Assembly: GCF_006345805.1 (NCBI RefSeq)
Contig: NC_042998.1
Span: forward strand, 203,794,001 to 203,858,000
Length of the DNA: 64,000 nt
Source: Octopus sinensis
Taxonomy: Eukaryota
Direction: 5' to 3'
Shown here one piece after another: positions 25,824 to 38,690 of the stretch (position 1 is its first letter; the number at the start of each line of letters is the position of its first letter). The notes under the pieces were generated by a model, which saw nothing but the letters and a program-made list of their open reading frames with translations, searched no databases and was not told where the DNA came from. A program made the translations under genes and the position numbers.

Positions 25824-26185
25824 AACATACATACATAATATATACATACATACCTATATATACATATATATATAATACATATATATATATATTTTATATA
25901 TAATATATATATATATACATACATATATATATAACTACATATATAATATATACATACATACATATATATATCATACATACATACATATATATATACATAC
26001 ATAATATATGTATATACATACATATATATATGTATATAAATATATATACATACATATACATATATATATATACATAATATTATCATACATATACATTATA
26101 TACTACTAATATATATATATATAATATCACACATATATATATACACATATACATATATATATTATATACATATACATACATACAT

Positions 26186-26232
<47 letters not shown>

Positions 26233-26241
26233 GTATATATA

Positions 26242-26345
26242 CTAGCAGAGATACCCAGCCTTGCCCGGTTACATTCAATTGAAGAATTAAAGTTTTCTGT
26301 TATATATATATGGATACACACACCACACACACACACACCACACAC

Positions 26346-26376
<31 letters not shown>

Positions 26377-27856
26377 ACACACATATATGTATATTAATAT
26401 GAAAGTACATGAAGTTTGTTAAAAAAAAGGGGATCATGTATATACCTCCTGGCCGTTGAGATTATAACACCTCGTTGTAAACAATGTTCCTTGCTTTTCC
26501 TTGTGGAGCCTATACAAAAAGGTTTCTTTTGGTTCCTATTCTTGAGCAGCCAACATACTGTTGCCCATGCGAGAAGCAGGGCTCTTCCAAGAGAAGACCG
26601 GCTACAGAGAGGGTTTGACCCTGAGATTTGTTAATGGACATGGCATAGCTGACACGAAGGGGGAATTGCAGTCTTCTGAATGTAAATGGAATTTTTCTCC
26701 TGATGGAGTAAGAGGAATTCTTGGAATAAAGACGTCATCACCTTTTCGACATCCAGAAAGAATGATCGCCTCGATAACGTGTGACATCATTTTCTTTATC
26801 ACCAGTCGTGTTCCATTGCAAAGTCTTGGTGGTTCCAGATTGCGGAGTAGCATTACAGGAGTTCCAACTTTAATTGCTAATATGTGTGGATGTAGTCCAG
26901 GAGGCTCCAGTGAATTGAGAAATTCAGGAGGATAGTTCACAACTTCATTTATATCTGGAATTGTATCAACAGATTTGTAAGTGTATATAATGCCGGGAAG
27001 AGAATACATTATCTGTTGATTAATTTTGTTAACAGCGACGTTTTTTGGAGCTAATATTGCTCTTTCACACAGCCTATTGTGATTTTTGTAGTTTTGTGTG
27101 AAGTTGGGAAAGACTTTGTTTTTGAGGCCATCTACAGAATTAACAACAGAGGAAAATGACCACACTTCCATTTGTGCCTTTGAAAAGCGAGAAAGAGTAA
27201 GGAGGAACGACATACGATGTTTTCTAAGAAAACTCGAAAAAAAATTCTTTCCAGATTTGTAATCTCCACATTTTAAATTTTCAAAACATTTTGTTTTTTT
27301 TGTTTTTTGGCAAAATCACAATCTCCGATATCGGAAACATAGAAATCCGAAGAAAATTAAAAAAAAAAAAATAGGGTAGGAGGGCTAACACCCGATCTCC
27401 GCCTATAAATTATCTTTTCCATGACTTGTTTTTAATAACTCTGTCACCCTAATCACATTCCTTACATACATGCATACACACTCAGCATGAGCGATATAGT
27501 GTTTTGGAGACAGAGAGAGAAAATGGTAAAATGTAGAGACAGTGGAGAGTTTACCAAGAGAAAAGCGGAACATAAAAATGGTAAACATAGTTTCTGTTTT
27601 GGTCACAGATTTTGAAATTTTAAAATTAAGTGAAAATTTTCACATTTGGTACATTGATGTATTCTTTACGCTGAATCCAAGTTTGTCATTCTTTTATTCC
27701 AGAAAACTTTTGGGAAAATGTTACAGGAGTTTAAAGTTCGATCATTTTTACCACAGCAGTGAACAGGATTTGTGCGTAATACTTGTGACAAAATGAAAGT
27801 AAATATTAGAAGACGAAATTTTAAAGAAAATGAAAGCAATGCGTCTGAATTAATAC

Positions 27857-27953
<97 letters not shown>

Positions 27954-28175
27954 GACAGGCAGTAATAAAAGTGTGGTAAATCATAAGGATAGATTCATGG
28001 TGACAAACAGAGAGGTGAGTTGTCGATCTAAAAGTTTTTTATTATTATTTCGAACGACATTGACTTTGGGACGCAAATTTTGAAAACAAAATTCGTTTTA
28101 TTTCGAGGATACACTGTTTCCAGGTTTTGGGGCTGAACACGCATACATAACCACATACCCCCGCATTTATATAGT
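26242..28175 (-). mobile_element. Helitron deletion derivative with helicase remnant
   Basis: 3' end CCGGGCAAGGCTGGG...CTAG|T at 26242; PIF1-type helicase C-terminal sequence internally; the 5' boundary near 28175 is tentative. Confidence 0.7.
26480..27213 (-). pseudogene. Helitron RepHel PIF1-like helicase C-terminal fragment (frameshifted)
   Basis: ERAILAPKN...PEFLNSLEPPG...LAIKVGTPVMLLRNL...LCNGTRL...IPRIPL, then after a frameshift AMSINKSQGQT...FSHGQQYVGCSR. Confidence 0.9.
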
Positions 28176-28178
28176 AAA

Positions 28179-28315
28179 CTAGCAGTATATCCCGGCCTTG
28201 CCCCGGGATTAAGTTACGATTATTAAGCTAATCAAGTTCTTTATTTCAAACCAAACTAAGCAATAAAGACGTCAAATTTGGGCGAAATCCGTTGAAATTA
28301 GTTATATTATAAATA
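28179..28315 (-). mobile_element. Helitron 3' end
   Basis: Minus strand CCCGGGGCAAGGCCGGG-ATATACTG-CTAG|T. Confidence 0.7.
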
Positions 28316-28319
28316 TACT

Positions 28320-28516
28320 CTTTTACTCTCTTTTACTTGTTTCAGTCATTTGACCGTGGCCCCCGCCTTTAGTCGAGGAAATCGACCCCAGGACTTATTC
28401 TTTGTAAGCCTAATACTTATTCTATGGGTCTCTTTTGCCGAACCGCTAGGTTACGGGGACGTAAACACATCATCATTAGTTGTCAAGCGATGTTGGGGGG
28501 GGGAAACACAGATACA

Positions 28517-28560
<44 letters not shown>

Positions 28561-28719
28561 ATATAAACGACGAGCTTCTTTCAGTTTCCACTCACAAGGC
28601 TTTGGTCGGCCCGAGGCTATAGTAGAAGCCACTTGCCCAAGGTGCCACGCAGTGGGACTGAACCCGGAAGCATGTGGTTAGTAAGCAAGCTACTTACCAC
28701 ACAGCCACTCCTGCGCCTA

Positions 28720-28720
<1 letters not shown>
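28320..28720 (-). mobile_element. SINE family A
   Basis: Near full-length match to other copies. Confidence 0.85.
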
Positions 28721-28750
<30 letters not shown>

Positions 28751-28959
28751 ATATAATATAATCCATATGAGCAACAGACACGAACACACATACACACACG
28801 TACGTACGTACACCCATTGCATGTTTTGTGCACGCATACATGTTCACAAACAGAAATGAATGGAAAAAATGTGGTTAATTTGTAGATTAAGACTTGCACG
28901 ATTTTCACTAAATAATTATGTATATAATTATATACATAATTATATACATTATATGCATT

Positions 28960-29364
28960 ATAATTATATACATAATTATAACAAGGGATCGGCTATGTGC
29001 CTCACCACACACTGAAAAATAGACGCCAAAAGTCACTGTTATCACTTTAAAATCTCCGAGAATAAAACACCACATAAAAGGCTAACAAAAAAAAAAGAAA
29101 AGAAATTAAAACTGTTGGTTAACCGCGTACAAGATCCTGTTTCAAGCTTAAAGTATTGATGACAGGAATAGATAATATTTTTTACTTTTAGCTTGAAATA
29201 GGATCTTGTACGCGGTTAAGCGAAAGTTTTAATTTATTTTCTTCCTTTTTGCTAGTCTATTATTTAGTGTGTTATTCCCGGTAATAGTGTCTTTTGGTGT
29301 CTATTTTTAAGTGCGTGGTGAGACACATAGCCAATCCCATGTTATAATTATGTATATAATTATA
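28960..29364. mobile_element. fold-back element with about 190-bp arms
   Basis: Arms about 28960-29155 and 29183-29364 (e.g. TTAACCGCGTACAAGATCCT / AGGATCTTGTACGCGGTTAA). Confidence 0.8.
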
Positions 29365-29399
29365 AAATATTTATATAGATAGATAGTATGACAAAAAGT

Positions 29400-30410
29400 G
29401 CAAGCCCCAGGAGGCTATGAAGGAATCGTAAAGATACAGATAGCCCGAAGTGCTTGTTGAATTAATCCTTCACGAAGGACAAGGTCTTGGCAGTGGTGGC
29501 GCCGAGAGGTAGAAAGCCTAAATACCGAGAATAAGAGAAAGGAAAAGGTCCTCGATTCATCAAAAGAGGACCGCTTAGTGAAAGCAGTACTTTTTGCCCG
29601 CCAGAGACAATGGCTTTAGTGGGAGCAGGCATTCGAGTGTCCACTGCCCTGGAAGGACTCTGGAGTATTAACCAGGGAAGATAGTTCTTCCTCATTTCTG
29701 GTGTTGTTGACTTCTTGCCCTCCACAGATAACCATAACATATCGGACAAAATAGAAGGTCCATCCTGCAAGCAATGTGGAACTACGTTTTGACTGGGTGC
29801 CTTAGGGCATTAGCAGAAAGCCGATAGAATGGAGATATGACAGGCTCTTGCAGAAATCGCCAAGTGAGCTGACTGTAAAGGGTTCATGGCGAATGACGAG
29901 GAACTATCCCTACCCAAGAATATCAGATTCTTAAAGATGGAAGTCAAGTCTTCTCAGATGAAAACGATGGTAGGGGACCCATTTTGTTTTACATTTTATT
30001 TCAGAGTGGGAGATGCAAGGGGACTTGAAGGCAGACTCGAATTCCCAGAGAAGATGATTATAGCATCACACCGATCAGACATGTTTGTGTTCTTCAGGAG
30101 AATAAAATAATCATCGTGTTTGAAATGAAAACATCCTGGTAAGACAAACTCGATATCCGTCATGAGCTGAAGAAAACCAAATACTAGGACTTAATCGACG
30201 AGGCCTTAGTCAAAAGCTAACACCTGGTGCCATTCCCTGTTGATGTCCGTTACTGTGGCTTTCCAGTGGGATGCGTGGGCGATTTCCTGCGAGAGAGTGG
30301 TTAGGATTCAAACAATTGAAGGAAGCCACCAAGGTGATAAGTATGACAGCTGAAACCAGCTTGAAGGGGCTGTGGTTGACAAGGGGCCATAGGTAGAACC
30401 CTTCCCCGGA
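29400..30410 (+). mobile_element. degraded HERO-like (R2-superfamily) LINE 3' region
   Basis: Broken frames give PSCKQC...YVLTGC (CCHC), WRYDRLL, DLEGRLEFPE...HRSD (RLE PD motif) and AETSLKGLWLTRG. Confidence 0.65.
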
Positions 30411-30622
30411 TAAAGTCTAATTCAGTCCTCGCTGTCCCGTTCAGGCGAAGCATAAAGGCCAAGCGGCGAAACGTTTGTGAGCCTGAGATGTTTTCTGACG
30501 ATGGAGAAGGGTTTCTCGCCCTCGATGGATTGATTCACAAGAGGAAATTGAAAAATCTCTTGAGTAGATCCGACAGTTTCTGCGTGGAGCAAAGTATCTC
30601 TGAGGTTTATTGCCCCCACAAA

Positions 30623-30706
<84 letters not shown>

Positions 30707-30768
30707 TACGTGTTCATTTCGGAGTAGTGTAGTTAGACGTATTTCTGGAAATATGTATTTGCATGTAT

Positions 30769-30890
<122 letters not shown>

Positions 30891-30892
30891 TG

Positions 30893-30933
<41 letters not shown>

Positions 30934-31029
30934 ATGTATGTATATATATATATTATATATATTATATATATTATATATATATATATATTATGTATGTATA
31001 TATATAGTATATATACATATATATATATA

Positions 31030-31097
<68 letters not shown>

Positions 31098-31379
31098 GCA
31101 TATATGTGTGTGTGTGTGTGTGCGCGCGTATGTGTGAGTTTGTGTGCATGGTTGTACGGGTGAATGTGTGTGTATATGTGTGTTGTGAGCAGTGTTATTG
31201 CATGACAGCGGTGGACGTTGTACACATAACCGAAGGCTCTCCAGCCGTGATCATCCTACCTTTTACTCAGCTGTAGAAACCTAGAACCACATTATACATA
31301 CAATCACTCCGCTTTTCAGACGGTAGAGTTTGATATAAGGGATATTTGGCTGTTCTTTCTAGCTGCTTGAACTTATATA

Positions 31380-31635
31380 TTGGGTTGGTGCATAATTATT
31401 GCGGCTTTTTTTTTTTCCAACAAATTTTATACAACAAAAACAATAACAGCATATAACAAAAACATTTTAAAATGATTATTCCGGAGCATATTCACCATCT
31501 ACTTCAATTACTGCTTCCCATTTGCTTGGCAGACGGTCAGACCGTCATTTAAAGATGCTTTTGTTAAATATTGTTATTGTTTTTGTTGAATAAAATTTGT
31601 TGAAAAAACGCCGCAATAATTATGCACTAACCTAA
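31380..31635. mobile_element. mariner-derived palindromic MITE, 256 bp
   Basis: TA|TTGGGTTGGTGCATAATTATTGCGGC ... GCCGCAATAATTATGCACTAACCTAA|TA; inverted arms extend about 95 bp; the centre encodes DRLPSKWEAVIEVDGEYAPE* on the minus strand. Confidence 0.9.
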
Positions 31636-32221
31636 TATCATGTATGTGGTAATGTTACGCTGGACTGTCTCTTATCAAGAAGACCTATGATCAAAGATAT
31701 ACCAGCCGCGACCATCCTGTATTTTTCGTATCTATAAGAAACGTAGGCATGACCTTATTATCCGACTTGGCTTTCTTTTTGAGAGAAGGGTGAGGTTTCA
31801 AATAAAATTTGGCTGCTATTTCTAACAGAACAACCACATTTAACACACCTGGTTTTTGTGTCCGTGTGATGTGTAATGATGTAAAATGTCGGCGGTGATC
31901 GTTTGAAAGTGTCGGCGGCGACGGCGTCGACATTACAGTTCCAATTGTTGTTGCTGATACTGTCTTTAGTAGTCGGGTGGTCGGGTGGTCAGGTGGTCGG
32001 CTCTCGGGTACAACGCATCATATTGTAAATAAGAGTCGATGGTTCGATTATATTCGCATAATGATAGATGTAAAGGCAATTGTCGTACGGCATAAAATCA
32101 TGTGTTTGCGTGAGTGCGTGCGTGCGTGTGTGATGTATTAGTGCGCGCGCGGGTATACATATATGAGTACGTATAGATTCATGTATGCATAAATATGTTG
32201 CATATGTGTGTGTGTGTACAT

Positions 32222-32252
<31 letters not shown>

Positions 32253-32260
32253 ATATATAT

Positions 32261-32316
<56 letters not shown>

Positions 32317-32318
32317 TA

Positions 32319-32356
<38 letters not shown>

Positions 32357-32416
32357 ATATATATATATATATATATTATAATATATATATATATAATATA
32401 TAATATATATATATAT

Positions 32417-32478
<62 letters not shown>

Positions 32479-32574
32479 GATGGATGGATGATGGATGGAT
32501 GGATGGATAGATGGATGGATGGAGAAATAGAGAGATTGATAGATAGATGGATAGATAGATATAGATATAGATAC

Positions 32575-32623
<49 letters not shown>

Positions 32624-32705
32624 GAGACGGACAGACAGAGATATATCTATACGCATATAGATATATTTAATATATTATATGTAATATATTTGATATACAT
32701 ATATG

Positions 32706-32738
<33 letters not shown>

Positions 32739-32959
32739 GCATGCAAGTTATGTATATGTTAATATATGTAATATGTACGTATGTATATATGTATATATGT
32801 ATATATGTATATATGTATGAGTGCGTGCGGGTGCGTGTTTATATTTGAAGCTAATATTCCTGATATTACCATCGTTATTCTCCATCCACCCGGCTGCAGT
32901 CTTCCCCGCATTCTTCCTCTCCGCATTCTTCTATATCTGTGCTTCGATTTACGACTTAC

Positions 32960-33011
32960 CTATTTCTTGCCGTGCCTCGGTTATTCTCTGACCCAGCAGT
33001 CGAGAATGTCC
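32960..33011 (-). CDS. candidate 52-nt exon
   Basis: ttattatttag|GGACATTCTC...GAAATAG|gtaagt; two open frames (GHSRLLGQRITEARQEI or TFSTAGSENNRGTARN); product unrecognised. Confidence 0.3.
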
Positions 33012-33013
33012 CT

Positions 33014-33131
33014 AAATAATAATAATAATAATAACAATAATGATAATGATGATGATGATAATAATAATAATAATAATAACAACAACAATAACAATAACAA
33101 TAATAATAATAATAATAACAACAACAATAGC

Positions 33132-33163
<32 letters not shown>

Positions 33164-33173
33164 CAATAATAGC

Positions 33174-33253
<80 letters not shown>

Positions 33254-33296
33254 TAATAATAATAATTATAATAATAATTATAATAATAATAATAAC

Positions 33297-33370
<74 letters not shown>

Positions 33371-33409
33371 CAATAATAGCAATAATATAATAATAATAAT
33401 AATAATAAC

Positions 33410-33444
<35 letters not shown>

Positions 33445-33715
33445 AATAATAATAATAATAATAATAATAATATAATAATAATAATAATAATAACAATAAT
33501 AATAATAATAATAACATAATAATAATAATAATAATAATAACATAATAATAATAATAATAATAATAATATTAACAATAATAATAATAATAATAATAATAAT
33601 AGTAATAATAATAATAATAACAAAATAATAATAATAATAATAATAATAGTAATAATAATAATAAAACAATAATAATAATAATAATAATAATAATAGTAAT
33701 AATAATAATAATAAC

Positions 33716-33746
<31 letters not shown>

Positions 33747-33755
33747 TTAACAATA
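33014..33755. repeat. about 740-bp imperfect (TAA)n array
   Basis: Direct reading. Confidence 0.95.
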
Positions 33756-33836
33756 AGGCAAACAAAAGTTTAAATCCGATAAACTGCATATCAAATCAAA
33801 CTCCTAATGGTTAGTAAAGAAAAAAACTATTCTCAC

Positions 33837-33892
33837 CTGTGATGACGTTCGAAGACTTCGATGACGTTCTTCGTTCGTATGACGTCATCAGT
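33837..33892 (-). CDS. candidate 56-nt exon / CpG-rich island
   Basis: Ends CAG|gtgaga; the acceptor (aaatag) is weak; contains three TGACG motifs. Confidence 0.2.
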
Positions 33893-33933
33893 CTATTTGA
33901 TTTATATCATAACAGCACCTACTACTACTACTG

Positions 33934-33971
<38 letters not shown>

Positions 33972-34088
33972 GCTACTACTGCTGCTGCTGCTGCTACTGC
34001 TGATGCTACTACTACTACTACTACTACTACTTACTACTACTACCACCACCACCACTACTACCACCACCACCACTACTACTACAACTAC

Positions 34089-34149
<61 letters not shown>

Positions 34150-34189
34150 CAACAATAACAATACCAATAACAATAACAATAATAATAAC

Positions 34190-34525
34190 AATGGCTCAGT
34201 GGTTAGAGCGTCGAGCTTACGATCGTGAGGTTGTGAGCTCGAATCCCGGACCGGGCTGCGTGTTGTGTGCTTGAGCAAGGCACTTTATTTCACGTTGCAC
34301 CAGTTCACTCAGCTGTAGAAATGAGTTGCGACGTCACTGGTGCCAAGCTGTATCGACCTCTGTCTTTCCCTTGGATAACACTGGTGGCGTGGAGAGGGGA
34401 GGCTGGTATGCATGGGCGACTGCTAGCCTTCCATAAACAACCTTGCCCGGACTTGTGTCTAGGAGGGTAACTTTCTAGGTGCAATCCCATGGTCATTCAT
34501 GACCGAAGGGGGTCTTTACCCCTTT
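34190..34525 (+). mobile_element. tRNA-derived SINE, family D
   Basis: ATGGCTCAGTGGTTAGAGCG...GAGCTCGAATCCCGG...GTGTTGTGTGCTTGAGCAAGGCAC; followed by (TAA)n. Confidence 0.85.
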
Positions 34526-34564
34526 TTAATAATAATAATAATAATAACAATAATGATAATGATG

Positions 34565-34656
<92 letters not shown>

Positions 34657-34699
34657 AATCGTTTCTTTATTAACCACTGAGGGTGGATATAAAAGATCG

Positions 34700-36310
34700 G
34701 GAACGGTAGAGGAGAATATAAGACAAAAAGAGAGCAACTGAAGCGTGTAAAAACAGAATAAGCAATGCTAGATATAACAATTAAGATCACCAATGTAGGA
34801 CTTCACAGGGAAACCCCGCAAAAACGACGCTCACCCTGACCTCCAGGGCAAGTGCCCTCTCCTCTTCATCTACCCTTGATCTAGAAGCGCATGCTTAGAA
34901 TAGACCCGTTCACTCGAGCCACTCGCATTACATTCTTCTATCTTTTAACAAAATAGTTTTGGGTCAGCACTTCCCTCTCTACCCTCATTTTCCTGTTGAT
35001 GCGGGTTTGATTGGAGAGGAATGTGCCTTCTCAACTTGGTCCGCCGCACAATCTCTTTCACTAAACAAAGGAAGGTGGTGGGTGATCTTCACGATGGACT
35101 CAGCAGATAGCCGGATCCGTCTTACACAGGTGTTCGGCATAAACCCATAAGTCAGCTATGATTGGGCAGTGGACGAGGGTTAGGGGTAGAACAGTTTCAT
35201 CGTTCTGCTCGCATCTCGAGCAAACCCGGTTGACGGCACTTCCATGCTTGTAGAGTTTATCCCGAACCAGCAATGCTCCCGATAGCCCTGACAGGCTAAG
35301 GATTTCTCGAAGTTATCCATAGGCCCTGGTCCGAAAGTCCTCCGGAACAGACCAGCCAGCTCATTCTCGTCGCCGCTCAGAGTCTCCTTGAAAGGATCAT
35401 AATACTTCCCTGCCACTAATCCTCTTTATATTTCTAAATTAGAACCATTCACTGATCTCATTGCCAGACTGGTAGAAGGGTGTGATCGTCTGACGACAGG
35501 CAGGGAGCCAGGCTCCCTGTCTCTTTCCATTTTTGGCCCAGGATTGCAGCTCCATCAAGGAGATCACCTTCTACAACGTTGCAGGTGATGCAACAACAGC
35601 TCATGTCTACGCATGAGCCACCCTGGTATGCCGAAGCCACCACGCAGAGGGTGCTGACAGCAGACCGAGCGCCTATCTATTAGAACGCTTCCAGTCTACA
35701 AGTAAATAAATCTGATCACTGAGTAGCTGAGTCTAGGCACGGCGATCAGGTGATAAATGGTAACAGAGGCGGTGAAGGCATTCGCCATCTCTGCCCGCCA
35801 TTTCAGTCACAGCTTCCATTCTGCCCATTTCTGGATAAATCTAGACACCACTTTTGTCATCTCGTCCCAGTTCTTATTCACACAGAAGTTAGAATATAAC
35901 CAGGCTCCATGCTTTTTCACTGGTCCATAAGTTCAGCGTCCAGTGGCATGGATCTGACCCACCAGATGACCAGCTGCAAGCCCACGAAATTGTCGGCGTT
36001 GATTTTTGGCTCCTGCCAACGACTCGTATACCTGCCGTATGGTATCGACCGTCAGCACTTAGGAGGCGTCGAGGACGATTGCCTGTACTTTGAGATCTAA
36101 GCTTTCTGGAATAGCACTGCTACTCTACCACCCGATCCTAACAGATCACGAAATGAGAATACCTCATAGTCGTCAAAAATGGGTGCTAGTGTGTACGCAC
36201 CAGAAATTCTCGTCTCGCTGATGCCCACCACATCTGTGTCGAACGAGCTGAGATTAGCAAGTGGCTTATCTTCCAAGCTGGCCCCAAGCCATGCACTTTT
36301 TCGCACACCT
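34700..36310 (-). mobile_element. degraded APE-type LINE (L1/Tx1-like)
   Basis: DTDVVGISETRISG...GGRVAVLFQK (AP-endonuclease N-terminus) at 36097-36306, degraded downstream ORF2-like segments, and a (TTC)n(TTA)n tail at 34528-34660. Confidence 0.55.
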
Positions 36311-38470
36311 CACTCCCAGTTCTGCCGATTTTGTCGAATAAAGAAAAAGACAGATCACTCACCTTGATTTTCGTGAAACCCCGTTGTTCTAGACCTGTCT
36401 TTTGGCGAATGTTTTCTAAAATGCCTTTTTTTAGTTTTTTATTCTCTTGGTTATTTTTGGGGGTGAGGAGAGTAGTTTCAGCTGATAACCGTGGAGGCAG
36501 TTCTAGTGTGGCCTTCATACTTTCTCCGTATAACCGTGTAAGATCTCGCCGATAAAAGGTGAAATTCTTCAGCCTGTAGCCTGTTACGACGTCTGGGCCT
36601 GAGGATTTCCTGTTTGGCAATATCTGCAGAACTTCTTCCAGTATTTCACCCTCTCTTTCATATTACTTCTACTGGACATGCCTGTCGTAGTCATGCTCCA
36701 GTTCTTTTAACCTTACAGGCTTGTTTGCTGAATTGATCATTTGTTTCCTATACACATCTCCAGAAGCCCTCAGCCTCATCTTTCGTGAGACTGTCTTTTA
36801 CCGAGATTCAGTGTCTTTTACCGCATTGAAGCTGCGAGAAGCTGATTTGGGTTCGCTGGCAAATAATTCAGTATTTACCGTTTATATGTTGTAGGTTTAT
36901 ATAATAGTTTTTCAGCTGTAGCTGTGAGTTGTTTCAGATGGTGCAGTTTTGGAATTTAGCTTTTTAAATCCTCTATCACCAAATCCCTTAGTTTTTCTGA
37001 GATCTTTCTGATGCGCTTCGTGTCAATTCCACTGTCTTCTTCAACCTTCCGGGTTACAGACTCATGCATAGTCTTTTTTCCGTATGCTGAGTGCTTTTCA
37101 TCCGGGTCTTCTCTGAGGTAAGAGAGTCCAGCTATTTTGGGGCTGTATAGGAGATCACCAAGAAGGGAGCGTTTTTTGAGGAGTTCCCTGCCAACTCGTA
37201 CAATGTTGCTCCCTTCACTTTTCAGGACTGCATTTATATATTCATTTTTGCCGCTGTTGTTCGGCAGGTGCTGCCTGAATGATACCGAACGGCATTCGAA
37301 GGCCGTCTGCACTGATCTCAGGCCTTTACCACCTTCATTTTTGTGGAAGTTCCTAGTTGTCAGGATTTTGCGGGTTTTAGTATTTATGAAGTGGATTTCC
37401 TCTACAAACCAATCAAGTTTCCCAAATGCTGGGATCAGCACTGGCACTGCAAATGCATTGTGGGATATTGTTTTGTTGTAAGAGGAGAGTTCCGACTGCC
37501 ATATTTTCCTAAGTCTGGTGTAATATTCTCGGGTCACTCTATCTTTATTCACAGTACTCTCATATGATACATTGTCATTTATGCCTAGGAACTTGTAACA
37601 TTCTTTGTGTGGAACGGGGAAGATAGAGAGACCGTTGATGCACGGATTTTGGTGGACTGACTTTCCGCGTTCTATAACCAACTACCAACATTTCTTTTGG
37701 CCAAATTCCACGCCTGTATCAGCTGAAAATGCTATTAATTCCAGTTGTTTTTTGGCATTGTTAACACTTTTAGCATAAATCTTCAGGCCGTCTACAAAGA
37801 AATTATGAGTAACATTGATATTTCTAGCAGTTCAATAATCTAGAATGTAACCATTTGTTTTCTGCAGTAAGGACGAAATACAGAGAGACTATCTCCCTGG
37901 AATATTTCCTTTGAAAGTTCTCCGTTGTAAGGCTAAGAATAGTTGTCCATGTCTTTGTGAGTTTCTCTATAACAGCAATGAAGATCGTAGGTACCTTTGC
38001 CAGATGTAGACACTTCAACAGCCATGAATGAAGGACAGAGTCGAATGCCTTCTTATAGTCAAGCCATACTCTCACAAGGTTTCTGCGTTGTTTTCTTCCT
38101 TCAGACACTACAGCTTTGTTTATTAAAAGTTGTTCGGCCGTCATCCCCACACTCCCTTCTTTCCACCAGCCTGTTCCTTTGTCACAATGTTGTTCTACTC
38201 ACAATGGTCCTGGAGGAATTGGTTGAGGCAACTTGTGTACAGTTTGTACATAATGTTTAGGCAAGCAGTGGGCCTGTAGTTTCCTGCTATTTAGGTGATT
38301 TCATTTTTGGCAACAAGATTTGTCCTTGCTGTAGCAAGCCAATTGGTATATCAGTCTGACCTTCCATAGTCCTTTTGAACATACCTATCAATCGGTTTCT
38401 ATAAGATGCCAGGTTCTTGTACCAATATCCAACTATTAGGTCCCTTCCAGGTGCCTTCCCATTCTGCAGT
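36310..38470 (-). mobile_element. R4/Dong-clade LINE, rearranged RT-region pieces
   Basis: GKAPGRDLIVGYWYK, EQLLINKAV...WLDYKKAFDSV.HSWL, YKFLGI, EGGKGL; a second piece (PNRKSSGPD) at about 36520-36990; the 5' junction abuts CATA. Confidence 0.85.
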
Positions 38471-38690
38471 TGTATGTATGTATGTATGTATGTATGTATG
38501 TATGTATGAATGTATCTCATTATTCAATTATATTTCAAGATTTCGCCAATAGAGAAAGAGCCGGTTTCTAACCTAGATCCAAGGTTCCTTCATTGGAATT
38601 TCAACATCAACAGGGTATGTATGTGCAGATTTGTATGTTTTATGTATGCATTCTCATGCATATATTTGCATATCTAGACATGTTCATATA

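Noticed and set aside
26480-27213. Host PIF1 helicase gene
   Set aside because: Intronless, frameshifted and followed by a Helitron hairpin-CTAG end, so it is transposon-derived.
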